NCBI GenBank assembly: GCA_042852035.1 | Contig: BAAFHK010000002.1 | Location: 210,001-242,000 of the forward strand | Source: Candidatus Saccharimonadota bacterium | Lineage (GTDB): Bacteria > Patescibacteriota > Gracilibacteria > BD1-5 > UBA2023 | Length of the DNA stretch: 32,000 bases | Direction of reading: 5' to 3' | Shown here: positions 1-10,150 of the stretch, piece after piece | Numbering within the stretch: the first letter of the stretch is position 1 | Layout: each line of letters opens with the position of its first letter | Position numbers and translations under genes: made by a program | Notes under the pieces: generated by a model | Told to the model about the DNA's origin: nothing | The model's input: only the letters and a program-made list of their open reading frames with translations | Databases searched by the model: none

Positions 1-65
1 ATATTGAAGACTATTCAACCGAAGAAAAAGTGCTAAGAGTTATTCAGAAACTTCGTAACCTCTAA
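1..65 (+). CDS. 3' end of an unidentified CDS (partial, runs off the window)
   Basis: The frame is open from the window edge to TAA at 63-65 (...IEDYSTEEKVLRVIQKLRNL*). It is too short to name. Confidence 0.35.
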   Translation, partial: IEDYSTEEKVLRVIQKLRNL

Positions 66-69
66 TCTT

Positions 70-540
70 ATGAAGAATATTACTACAAGAGCTCAATATG
101 ATGCCCTCACGAGAGATAGAATCCTTGGAAAGTCTGAATGCCCATTTTGTGATATATCCTGACAAACATGACATACTATTTGGAAAGGGAAGTATTGGTA
201 TATTTTAAAAAATCTTTTTCCATATTCTTGAAATGAGGATCATATTATGGCCGTACCATATGAGCATAAATGCTTCTCCTATGAGTTAAATCAATCTGAA
301 ATCTTAGAGCTGAGTTGAATATATGAGTTTGTGAAAAATTATTACGGTGAGAAAGACTATTTTTCTTGTACCAGGGAGACTTTTTCGAATCGCAGCATAG
401 AACATTTCCATATGCATTTTATACCAGGAAAGCTCCAGTGAAAATGGCTCAGAAAGATGCTTGAATGACAAGGATTCCCCATTCATGAGGATCTAAAAAT
501 AGAAGAAAACTTGGAAGGAAGGAATTCTTCATTACTATAG
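70..540 (+). CDS. HIT (histidine triad) family hydrolase
   Basis: Code-25 ORF from ATG 70 to TAG 538-540 (156 aa, several in-frame TGA). It has the histidine-triad motif H-F-H-M-H-F-I-P-G near the C-terminus and C-P-F-C near the N-terminus. Confidence 0.8.
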
Positions 541-544
541 TAAT

Positions 545-1765
545 ATGAAAAATCTCTACGTCATTGATGCTTATAACCTTATCTATCGGATGTTTTATGC
601 TATCCCAGAAATGCATACCCGAGATGGCCAAGTGGTTAATGCTGTCTTTGGAGTAGTAAAGTTTATAAAATCCCTTACTGAAATGAGTCCTGATGATGCT
701 ATTATTATTGCATCAGAGAGTGGATCAAATTTTCGGGAAGCCCTGTTTGCTGATTATAAGGGTACTCGAGACCGTATGCCCGATAATCTTCGATCCCAAA
801 TAGACCCAATCTTTCAATTCTTTAAAAGCGCGGGGATTCCTATTCTTGTGAAAGAAGGATATGAAGCTGATGATATTATTGGATCAATTACCCATGACCC
901 TGATGGGTATAATGAGATTATTATCATCTCATCGGATAAAGATTTATGTCAATTTGTAAAAGATGGAAGAGTTCGAATATTTGATGCAATGAAGCAAAAA
1001 AATATGCGACGAGCAGATGTAATAGAGAAATTTGGCGTTCCTCCAGAACAAGTAAAAGATTATCTCGCTATCGTAGGAGATAGCTCTGATAATATTCCCG
1101 GTATGAGTTGATTTGGTCCAAAAAAGGCTGTGGAACTTCTTACAAAATATAATACTCTACGGGGTATATATGAGGCCATAGGATTAATGAACTATGAGCT
1201 CTGAAAAGAATCTCCTCTCGATCAGGAGAAATATACATGAAATGAGCTTACAGAAAAGACAAAACAATGACTTCTTGAAAATATTGAGAATGCTATTCTT
1301 TCAGAGAAGCTTGCAAATATCGTAACAGATCTCGATATCCCTCTTGAAGCAATCCATGGAAGTGATTCTCGTAGTATTTTTACAAATTCTCTTGTGATTG
1401 ATTTCCTCAAGAAATATGAGTTTAAGTCACTTATTCCTCCCGAGTATCGGGAGGCTCGAAAAGAGATTCAGAAGCCCAAACCTATAAGAATTCAGAGCTC
1501 TACTGAACTTGAGGAGTTAGGGAGGAGAGTAGATGAAAACAAAAAGGTCTACCTTGCTACAAGCCCTGAAGGAAATGTTATGATATCGATAGATGAAGAT
1601 GTATATATCATATCTATGGATTATATTGATGGAATTGATTTTTTTGAGAGACTCTTTTCGTCAGATTGTACGATTGTTGGTTATGACCTTAAGGAAGATA
1701 TAAAACGGATTATGAAGCAAAAAAATACCCTCGATGGAATCGAGGGGCAGGGGAGGTTGTTTTAG
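545..1765 (+). CDS. Pol I-type 5'-3' exonuclease (FEN-like) with a vestigial 3'-5' exonuclease-like tail and no polymerase domain
   Basis: With TGA=Gly, track ORFs 545..1111 and 1394..1765 (same frame) join into 406 aa. Motifs seen are LYVIDAYNLIYR, EADDIIGS, IISSDKDL and GDSSDNIPGMS-G(TGA)-FGPKKA (H3TH). It ends in TAG. Confidence 0.85.
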
Positions 1766-3411
1766 GCTGATTGGATTCGGAGTACTTTTCCATTTTTTGC
1801 TCGTCATTCTCCAAGAAGATCATATTTTTCAATTCTTGGTGGTATTCCGCCATTTGGATAGCTTACTACTTCGACGATTCAATTAATTGGTCTTGAGAGG
1901 GCAATCACGCTATGAGTTCTTCCACGACCAAACTCTCATCCTTCCATGTGATCTACCATGATGTGATTACCTGGTTGTATTACGCTGATTTGATCTAGAG
2001 TTGCATGAGTTCCATGTATTCCCGTTCATAACCCGATTTTTGTCTGAGAAACGCCATTAAATATATTTTTTTGAACTCGACCGATTGACTCGAGACATAC
2101 TCGATCGACCCAATCCGTACAATGTATGGCCCCAAGTATGTTTCAACGTTGCTGTGCTTCAAGAGCGAACTCCACAATACGTCTGTTTGCTTCTCATTCA
2201 GGAAGATTTGCAAGTTCAGGGTTATTAATATATCGGAACTGGCGAATTATATTCTGAGCATATTCTGCACGAATTTTCTGTTCCCCATCTTTATCTCAAG
2301 GCCTGAGATATTCACGAGAAATAATTGCAGCTGCCTCTCATGCATCTGTAGCAGATTTGAGCTCAGAAAATACTTTCTTCTCGAAATCATCTTCGGTCAT
2401 TTCCCACCAGGCCGCCTTGAGTTGATCAATATGAGATGCTGTACTTATATCAATTCAGGTTCCTTTTAAGATTTTAACTCTTCTTTCAGGATGCCATTGA
2501 AATATTCAGTGAGCACTACCATTATCGCCAATAGCACGAGGATTGCAACGACTTTCACGAGCTTCATTTGCAAGGAGTCATGCAATTTGCTCTTCTGAGA
2601 GTCATTTGGATTTCCAGAAATCATAAGATTCTCTCATAAGTATGGAAATCTCCACATTAGAACTCTCTGGCATTCTTTCAAGGCGTTCGATGCGCATATC
2701 AGTAGCGTCATCGCTTTGTTTTTGATCAATATTTCTCACTAATAGTGGATTCTTTTTTGATTCAAAATCCCCGATTTCAGATGCTTGAGGTATCTTCACA
2801 ATGCTTCAAGTAAAGACTGGAATATATCAGTCAGGACTTGGTTTTGTATAGTACCCTACTCGCCCATTAATGATAGATCGAACACCGATAACTCCATTCA
2901 CAATTACATATCAAACCGTTGCTGGAAGCATATCTCAAAGACCTATATTCCAATATGCACTTTTTCTTCAGGTATTCTTCCCAAGATCTACGTATATTTC
3001 ATCTCAAGGATTTATATTTTTGGTATCAATAGGGCTTTCAGTTATTGTTCCATCAGTATCTGTCTGTCTTTTAAATAAAAATGAGCTTGATAAAAACTCT
3101 CAGCGAGCTTCTTTCGAGAGTTCTCTATCGATTCGCATAAGATTGTTTGCATCGATAGAATCGAGGGAATTTTTTCATTCTGCAAGCTTATGATTTGCTA
3201 CTTCAGTATATTTTTTATTTCTTTGAAATTCACGTTGAAGAGCAAGAAGCTCCTCTCGTGTTTTCCGAATTTCTTCAAGTTTTTGAGGGTTATTTGGTTG
3301 AGATTGTATGTCTTTTTTTAATTCTTGGAGCTTTTTTGTAAGCTCTGAAATCCTCAATGGAGTTGATTCGGATATTGACGGTGAATTTACATTAATTTTA
3401 CGATCAGTCAT
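1762..3411 (-). CDS. Two-domain cell-wall hydrolase-like protein (phage-tail-lysozyme-like domain plus NlpC/CHAP-like Cys peptidase)
   Basis: I translated it by hand codon by codon: 549 aa with no TAA/TAG and many TGA. It joins track ORFs 3175..3411 and 2602..2799. The centre reads ARESRCNPRAIGDNGSAHGIFQWHPERR. The C-terminus has a Cys...His pair (HCTDWVDRV ... GNHIMVDH). The N-terminus is a coiled coil with no signal peptide. The TAA stop at 1762-1764 overlaps the converging exonuclease stop. Confidence 0.6.
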
Positions 3412-3432
3412 GAAATGAATTTTACACTAAAT

Positions 3433-3460
3433 TAAAAAAAAGCAAGTAGAATTACTTGCT
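3433..3460 (-). terminator. Rho-independent terminator after the STAS gene
   Basis: An 8-bp stem, agcaagta (3441-3448) / tacttgct (3453-3460), with loop gaat, is followed on the minus strand by a run of eight U (plus-strand aaaaaaaa, 3433-3440). Confidence 0.5.
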
Positions 3461-3808
3461 CAATTCGACGAGGGCAGTTTGTTCAGTCTCGTATACGGGG
3501 ATGATATTTGTTATCCCTACGAGATCGAGTGTATCATGTACTTCGCTTGTGAGTGAACAAAGAGCGAATTTCCCACCTCCATCTTCCGTTCTTTGGGCCA
3601 CATCAGCAATATAACCTATAGATTTACTATTAAGGTAGGTGAGCTCCTTGAGGTCAAAGAGCGTTCGTGCTCATGAGAAATTACCAATATCTGAGATGAT
3701 ATTTGGGAATGTAGAGTCTACATTTGTTTCATCGAGTTCTCCATGGAATGAAAATACTTTAATTCCGGTATTTGTGCTCGATTTTTTTACTTCAAGTTGC
3801 GTAAGCAT
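3452..3808 (-). CDS. STAS-domain protein (anti-sigma-factor antagonist, SpoIIAA-like)
   Basis: 118 aa with TGA=Gly: MLTQLEVKK...FSFHGELDETNV...LKELTYLNSKSIGYI...LCSLTSEVHDTLDLVGI, ending in TAA. The ATG at 3808 is preceded by the ACTAACC motif. An alternative upstream ATG lies at 3886. Confidence 0.7.
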
Positions 3809-3927
3809 AATGAAAGGGGAGGTTAGTGAGGATAGATTAATCCTATAGTTCTGAGTAAGTATACCATGTTTTATCTTTCGATGCAAATTTTGCTTTGCAT
3901 TTCATTATTTTTTCATAGACTTATTTT

Positions 3928-4881
3928 ATGATTACCGAAAGAATATCATCTTCACCCTCATTCTGGCAAAGTAATATTTGGGAAGCAATACTTCATGATT
4001 CATGACAAACAAGAGATGTGGAGGTTATTACCTATGGACAATACGGTATAATGGTTGAATATCGCAGTATTGGACTCTGATTCGAGTGAGCATTCTCACT
4101 TGGGGTTGACATGGGTCAGTATACAGAGGAATTTCTTCAGAGAGTACGAGATGAACTAGCCTCTAAGTGAGTGATATTCTGGCAAATCGAAGAATATTAC
4201 CCAGATTGAGTCGATCCTACTCAAGCACATCAAGTGGTTTATGGGAGAAATTTTATCGAGCCATGGACTCGAGTCCTCGATCTCAGAAAAACAGAAGAAG
4301 AACTTATGGCAGAAATGCATGAAAAGGGAAGATATAATATTCGACTCGCATGGAAACGTGGAGTCTTAATAGAATGGGTGCGTCCGATTGCTGAGAACAT
4401 AGACATATGGATGAAGCTCCTTTCTGAAACAACAGAAAGAGATGATTTTGCTCATAATTCTCATGAGTACTATATTTCATTTCTCAGAAATATAACTGAT
4501 GCGAATGCATGATGAATGGTATTCGCATCATATGAATGAAAAATTATTGCCGCATGAGTCTTTATCTTTCATCATGGGACAGCTTTATATTACTATGGGG
4601 CATCTACATCAGACCCTGAAATGCGTAAGCACATGGCACCATATCTTATACAGTGGGAAGGCATAAGGGAGGGGAAGCTCAGGGGGTGTCATACCTATGA
4701 TTTTCTTTGAGTCTGTCTCCCCGAAGATGCCGAGCACCATCTTGCAGGAGTATCGAGTTTTAAAGAAAAATTTGGCTGAAAAATAATTATGGTAGGAGGT
4801 AAATCCCTCTATGTGCTCTCTAGTTTAAAATTTCTCTTCTTTAAAATAATTCGCAAAATGAAAAAGGGTCTTCACAAATAA
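3928..4881 (+). CDS. FemAB-family peptidoglycan interpeptide-bridge aminoacyltransferase
   Basis: 317 aa with TGA=Gly; track ORF 4234..4512 is a fragment of it. Motifs are GRYNIRLAWKRG, FIFHHGTALYYYGAS and YDFLG(TGA)V. It ends in TAA. Confidence 0.8.
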
Positions 4882-4905
4882 AAATCCCAGAGTTCCTGGG
4901 ATTTT
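4881..4905. terminator. Bidirectional hairpin terminator between converging genes
   Basis: A perfect 10-bp stem, aaaatcccag (4881-4890) / ctgggatttt (4896-4905), with loop agttc. A/T runs flank it on both sides. Confidence 0.65.
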
Positions 4906-4906
4906 T

Positions 4907-5269
4907 CTATGAATGACTATATGTAGCCATAATGATTTCTTCCCTGAGAACCGGGCCGAGGTCGATTAGGGTATTTTCGATGGGGCGTATATCATCAGGA
5001 TCCAGAGGGTCGATATAGTTTTTAAAGGTTCTTTCAAAATTTCCTATCGAAATAGAGTATTTTTTTTCTTCGTATAGAATTGTGGTTGCTAGATTTTTAA
5101 AAATAACCTCTACAGCATCATCAAGTGCAACAATCTCAATAGTGAATTCAAGCGGTGAAGTAAACTTAATATCATCAAGTGCGCCATCAAAAACCTCTCC
5201 AGAAAAAGAGAAGCTTCTCGAATCTCCCGAATAACTCGATAAGAGATCTCCGACAGGAATGATAAACAT
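4907..5269 (-). CDS. DUF177 / YceD-like protein
   Basis: The ORF ends in TAG at 4907-4909. The C-terminal segment ENTLIDLGPVLREEIIMA is typical of DUF177. I prefer the ATG at 5269 because the upstream TPR gene stops at 5274. The GTG at 5311 (the track start) is an alternative. Confidence 0.55.
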   Translation of the reverse strand: MFIIPVGDLLSSYSGDSRSFSFSGEVFDGALDDIKFTSPLEFTIEIVALDDAVEVIFKNLATTILYEEKKYSISIGNFERTFKNYIDPLDPDDIRPIENTLIDLGPVLREEIIMATYSHS

Positions 5270-5273
5270 TGAA

Positions 5274-5906
5274 TTAGATTTCACTATTTTTGAGGGTGTC
5301 AACAAGGTCACTTTGTCAAAGGCGTGCGAGCACTAGACGTGCTTCACTTTCTTGACCAGCTGCGATAAGCGCAACAGAAAGGTCATTTATTACCATTGGT
5401 TCATCTGGAGCAAGAATATGTGCTCTACGAAGGAGTGAGAGTCATTTCATAAGATCTCACTTCATGACATGAGCCCAGCCGAGATTTCGTAAAATTTCTG
5501 CATTATTTGGCATGAGTCAATTTGCTTTCGAGAGTATCTCAATAGCTTTTTCAAACTCTCATCGGGCAGTTGCAAGATATCCATCAAGATACATGCCAGT
5601 TCCACTATCAGGATGAAGTTCTCGAGCTACACTGAGTACTTCAGATGCTTTTTCTATATTTCCTTCAAATAGGTAGATATCCGCAAGTTCCTCATAAAGC
5701 CGATAATCATCTGTGTGGATTTTTAGTGCTTCGAGCGAGATTTCTTTTGCCTTCGGATAATCATTTTCTGACTTTGATGTCTCGATTTTTTCGATTATTT
5801 TTTGTATATCCATGTCGGGATTATATTTTCTTTTTTCTACATTGCAAGGGAAGTAGAAATTTTGACAAATTATTTCCAATACTTTTCTGCTAGTTTTTTC
5901 ATTCAT
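5274..5906 (-). CDS. TPR-repeat protein
   Basis: 210 aa with TGA=Gly, with repeated A/Y/L helical hairpins ([24 protein letters not shown]...; [18 protein letters not shown]). A purine-rich tract (agaaggaaa) lies upstream of ATG 5906. An alternative ATG at 5813 would avoid overlapping the rlmN tail. Confidence 0.65.
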
Positions 5907-6970
5907 TTTCCTTCTTCTTTCGCGAGGGATTTTCCTTCTTCCTTAAGGGCAAGTTGACCACATGCGGCATCTATATCATCCCCCATTGTATGTCGAACTG
6001 TAGAAGGGATTCCTGCATCTTCAAGAGTACTTTGAAATTTCTTTATCATAATCTTCGAAGTTGGTTGGAATCCATTTCCCATAATTCCTTCTCAGGGATT
6101 ATAAGGAATAAAGTTTACATGGGCAAGCTTTCCCTTAAGAAGGTTTGCGAGTTCATGAGCATATTCTGGTCGGTCAGTAACTCATGCTATCATGATATAT
6201 TCATAAAAAATTCTTTTATTTGTCTTTCATACATATTCATCAAGAGCCTTCATAAGTTCATCTATAGGATAAGTATTTTCAACTGGCATAATACGCTTTC
6301 GAGCTTCATCATTCGGGGCATGAAGAGAGATAGCGAGGGAAATCTGAGGAAAATCTTCTGCAAGACGAAGAATTCCAGGAACAATTCCACAAGTCGAAAT
6401 AGTTATACGACGATTTGAGAGGTCAATTTTTTTCTGAGCGCTCGCGATATAAATAGATTCTTTGACATTTTCGTAGTTTAGCATTGGCTCCCCCATTCCC
6501 ATATAGACAACATTTCGAATTTTTTTATCTTCTTTTGCGAGTAAAAGATTTGCAATCATGATCTGATCAATAATCTCATAAAATTCAAGATTTCTTATGA
6601 GTCCAAGTTTTCCTGTAGCGCAAAATGAACAAGCCATAGGGCATCCTGCTTGAGAGCTAACACAGAGGGTGTTGCGCCCAGAAAGATGACGCATGATTAC
6701 GGCTTCTATCATCTTTTCATCACTTGTTCGAAGAAGAAGTTTTGTTGTTTGTCCATCGTCACTCGTAACTTCTGAGTGAATCTGAAGAGAGTTGTAAAAA
6801 CAATTTTCTAAAAGAATCTCTCGTATTTCTTTTGGGAGAGTATCGATTTTCTCGAAATCAGTTATAAGATTCTTATAGATAGCATTTTCTATTTGTGCAT
6901 ACCTAAATTTTTTATGACCATTTTTTTCGAGGATTGCTATGATGTTTTTTTCGTCGTGAATAGAGAACAT
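5870..6970 (-). CDS. rlmN: 23S rRNA/tRNA m2A methyltransferase RlmN (radical SAM)
   Basis: Motifs are [18 protein letters not shown] (radical-SAM CxxxCxxC), MGMGEP and TISTCG. With TGA=Gly the frame passes TGA at 6227 and at 5903 and ends at TAA 5870-5872. An alternative TTG start lies at 7003. Confidence 0.9.
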
Positions 6971-7093
6971 AGTTTTGAGAAGTATCTTTCTTTTTATGGA
7001 CAAAAAAATATCAAAAAGGATTTTTACCCCATGTTATAAGGAAACAATCGAGTACGGAAAATGAGTGGAACTATCCCAGAAGGGAATAAGACT

Positions 7094-7525
7094 CTAAAAT
7101 CAAAGAAGAAGTACTGCTGTCATGAATCCAACAATTCCTCAAGCAAGTGCCTCAATAGGGGTATGACCGAGCATTTCATTGAGTTCTTCTCCATCATGTG
7201 GAGTAAGCTCATTAATAGCTTTTGCATGAAGTCAAGCTTGGTAGCGTACATTCATTGCATCGTATATAATGATAATAGAAAAAACAAGACACATCAAAAA
7301 TTCATCACTCATTGGACCGTACTTGAGTCACATTGCAGTTGCAAGAGCAATAACAAATGTTGAGTGTGCAGATGGCATTCAACCACTTCCAAACATTCTA
7401 TGGACTGTAAATTTTCCTTTCAGAGCATGAATGCTTCATTTCATAAAGATGGCAAAAAGGAGTGCAAAAAATGGCACTACAATGGTGTATTCTCTGAAGA
7501 AGATATGAAGCAGGTCAAGATCCAT
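7094..7525 (-). CDS. Divergent PAP2 / acid-phosphatase-vanadium-haloperoxidase-related membrane protein (DUF212, YuiD-like)
   Basis: 143 aa, hand-translated, with motif SGGMPSAHS where a Gly is encoded by TGA. The protein is hydrophobic and ends in TAG at 7094-7096. Plus-strand track ORFs 7061..7363 and 7364..7573 are antisense shadows. Confidence 0.8.
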
Positions 7526-7528
7526 AAC

Positions 7529-8011
7529 TTAAGCAACGCTTATAATTTGAAATTCTTTTTTCCCAGATGGTGAGCTATAAGATGATTTATCTCATGCATT
7601 CTTTCCTATAAGAGATTTTCCAAGAGGTGATTCGTTTGAAATCTTATTCTCGAAGATATTGGCTTCCTGTGATCAAACGAGGGTATAAGTAATTTTTTCC
7701 CCATCGAATTCTAGAACAACGGTATTTCCTACATTAATTCCCGATTTCTTTCTTTTTATTCCTTTTTCATCGTCGATTAGGTCATAGTTTCCAGGCTTGA
7801 GAAGCTCTTCAAGTTCAGCAATTCGGAGCTCTACTTGAGCCTGCTCATCACGAGCTTCTTGGTATTCTGCGTTTTCCGAAAGGTCACCATATGAGATTGC
7901 TTCTTTGAGCTTGTCTGCGATTTCAACTCGCTTTTCTTCTTTAAGATGGCGGAGCTCCTCTCAGAGTTCGAGAAGTCATTCGCGAGTAAGGAGAACTTTT
8001 TTATTTGACAT
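7529..8011 (-). CDS. greA: Transcription elongation factor GreA
   Basis: 160 aa: MSNKKVLLTREG(TGA)LLELG(TGA)EELRHLK...ISYGDLSENAEYQEARDEQ...ESPLGKSLIGK. It ends in TAA at 7529-7531. Confidence 0.9.
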
Positions 8012-8046
8012 AAGGGAGGGGGTTAGTAAAGAGTATAAATGAAGTA

Positions 8047-8841
8047 TTAACGAGATGATCCAGATTTTGTTATGTTTGGGCTTGGTGGAACAATTATAGT
8101 TGGCTTTTTATTGGCTGAGACTGTTCCAGAGTTTCCAACCGAGACTGAAGCTGGTTGCTTTCAGAGGAGTAAGGATTTGAGTGTATCGAATTTTGATTTT
8201 GGAATTTCGATGGCAATTGCTTGATTTTCAATTTCGATAACCATTCGAACGAGAGTATCAGAGATTTCGGGATTCAGGAAGAAGCTTCTATATGAGAAAT
8301 TCTGAGTCTCATTTACGGTGTAAGGTTTTCCAGAAAGTGCTTTTACATTCTTTAGAAAAGTATCATAAGGGAGATCTGTTGGAATAATCGTGAGTGCCAG
8401 GTTATTATCTTTATAGGTGGAGTACCTGACATTAAGGTCAAAGATATAAAGGCCAAAAATTCAGGCATTTTTATCCAAAACTGGAGTAACTGTCGGCATA
8501 ATAAGAGCGAGGAATTTGCCAGAAGGTTTTATAGCTGGCATTTCTCTTGGTCCTGATTCTTGATTTTCAATTTGAGATGTTTCTTCTTGGTAAGCCCCAT
8601 TTTTTTTGGCAATTTCTTCGACAATTGAGGTGAGTTTTTCAAGTTTTTCATCTGTCTTCATTTGACTCTTCCAAGTTTCAAGAGCAAGTGAATCTGCATT
8701 TGCTCAAGGAGTGTTTGATTGGTTTGATGTTGAGATTGCTGGGATGCGCACCTTCCATCATTCTTGATTTACAAGAGACCAAGAAATACTACCTATAAAG
8801 ATAAGAGCTAGAATGGAGAGTAAAATGAGTGCGATACGCAT
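8047..8841 (-). CDS. Membrane-anchored hypothetical protein
   Basis: 264 aa with TGA=Gly, extending track ORF 8461..8661 in both directions. It has an N-terminal TM/signal anchor (MRIALILLSILALIFIGSISW). I recognise no family. Confidence 0.6.
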
Positions 8842-8868
8842 TCGAAAAGAGAAAGAGAGTTTCTTAAA

Positions 8869-9420
8869 TTATTTTTTTGTTTTTACGCTGGCGAATTCAA
8901 TCTCAACTGGAGTATCACGACCAAGGAGATTAATCATAATTTTTACCATACCCTTTGCAGAATTTACTTCAATAATCTTTCCTTCACTGCCTTCAAAAGG
9001 ACCATTTTTTACCGTTACATAATCACCAACTTGCATATCAGTTTTGTATTCTTCGCTTTTTTCAGTGAGGATACCTTTGAGCTTATCAAGTTCTTCTCCA
9101 CTTACAGGTACTGGGACTGTACCCGCACCAAGAAATCCTGTTACATTCGGTGTATTTCTTACGATATACCAAGATTCATTGGTTACAATCATGTTAACAA
9201 GGATATAACCAGGGAAGATATTCTTTTTTCGAGAAATCTTTTTACCACCCGCTCGAACAGAAACTGAGTCATGGGTTGGAACAAATACATCGAGAATATA
9301 ATTTTCGAGACCAAAAGCCTCTCTTCGTTGCATAAGTGATTGCCGTACATTTTCTTCGGTTCCAGAAATAACACGGATAACGTACCACTCACCAAGAGGT
9401 TTTGTTGAGAATTCAAACAT
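8869..9420 (-). CDS. nusG: Transcription termination/antitermination factor NusG
   Basis: An intact 183-aa ORF with an NGN domain (WYVIRVISGTEENV) and a KOW domain (GDYVTVKNGPFEGSEGKIIEV). It ends in TAA. Confidence 0.95.
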   Translation of the reverse strand: MFEFSTKPLGEWYVIRVISGTEENVRQSLMQRREAFGLENYILDVFVPTHDSVSVRAGGKKISRKKNIFPGYILVNMIVTNESWYIVRNTPNVTGFLGAGTVPVPVSGEELDKLKGILTEKSEEYKTDMQVGDYVTVKNGPFEGSEGKIIEVNSAKGMVKIMINLLGRDTPVEIEFASVKTKK

Positions 9421-9444
9421 AAAATTGAAAAATGATGTGATTAA

Positions 9445-9807
9445 TTATTTGTTAGCTCCACTCACTGAAAGTTCAGTTTTTTCTGGACTTGAAGAAGAGA
9501 CAGGATTTACTTCTACTTTTGCCCCAGAGAGAGCATTTTTTCTTCTTTCGATTTCATTCTTCAGATTTTCCATATCTTGTTCATTTACAGTACTTTCTCC
9601 TGACACTGTTGATGAAACAACTGCATCATGAGGAAATATATCTCGAACGCCCTTAAGTCAAAATCGAATCCCATATCCTACAAGGGATAGAAGTGTCGCC
9701 ATAATGATAATGGTTCCTACCGTATAGAGCATATATTTTTTGCTTTCAGCATTTGTTGGCCAGACTACATGATCGAGCTCTTCAAGAGATTTTTTAATAA
9801 ATGACAT
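9445..9807 (-). CDS. secE: Preprotein translocase subunit SecE with a C-terminal extension of about 70 aa
   Basis: It starts MSFIKKSLEELDHVVWPT and has a single TM (YTVGTIIIMATLLSLVGYGI). The frame reads through TGA 9658-9660 to TAA 9445-9447. Confidence 0.8.
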
Positions 9808-9837
9808 AAATTTTGAATACAAAAATGAAACGCGAGA

Positions 9838-9865
9838 ATTATATAGAAATAGCACTAAGAGTCAA
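9838..9865 (-). promoter_or_regulatory. Candidate sigma70-type promoter of secE-nusG
   Basis: On the minus strand, TTGACT (plus 9860-9865), a 16-nt spacer, then TATAAT (plus 9838-9843). It lies 31 nt upstream of the secE ATG. Confidence 0.5.
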
Positions 9866-9871
9866 TTTCCA

Positions 9872-9894
9872 TATTAAAATCCCCTCTCGGGGAT
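9872..9894 (-). terminator. Rho-independent terminator upstream of the secE promoter
   Basis: The stem is atcccc (9879-9884) / ggggat (9889-9894) with loop tctc. On the minus strand it is followed by UUUUAAUAU. Confidence 0.5.
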
Positions 9895-10150
9895 GTCAAC
9901 GTGGTGATAATAGTAATTTTTTTAGAAAAAACAAGGGAATTTTCTGGAGCTCCTTGGTGGGAGCAATCTTCGAACTTTTATAGAGAATTTCGATAGGGTA
10001 ACAAAAGAATATTGAGAGAATTTTTAGTATATAGATCTATCTGAGTTTAGGAGAATTTGAAAATTACTAGAGTTATTGTGTATTTTAAGGGAAAGTTTGT
10101 TTGATTCTTTATTTATAATAATCCCATGAAGTAACTCTAACTTCTTAAAT

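Noticed and set aside
2122-3193. Plus-strand track ORFs 2122..2469, 2785..3078 and 2870..3193.
   Set aside because: They lie antisense within the continuous 549-codon minus-strand hydrolase ORF. They overlap each other and have implausible composition.
3639-3848. A plus-strand 69-aa ORF, with an aaaggggagg stretch at its 3' end that looks like a Shine-Dalgarno.
   Set aside because: It is antisense to the STAS gene. The purine stretch is the complement of the STAS 5' leader, which carries the ACTAACC motif.
7061-7573. Two plus-strand track ORFs (100 and 69 aa).
   Set aside because: They are antisense shadows of the minus-strand DUF212/PAP2 gene (7094..7525), which has the GGMPSAHS motif. The plus-strand peptides are Cys/Ser/Asn-rich with no motif.
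9945-9975. tggagctccttggtgggagcaatcttcgaac resembles the tRNA-Thr 3' end (tggagccactggcgggaatcgaac) and might be a duplicated att core marking the left island end.
   Set aside because: Only the blocks tggagc, tgg, ggga, atc and gaac match, with several indels. Serine recombinases do not need long direct repeats, and I cannot assess significance by eye. I keep it only as a hint for boundary mapping.
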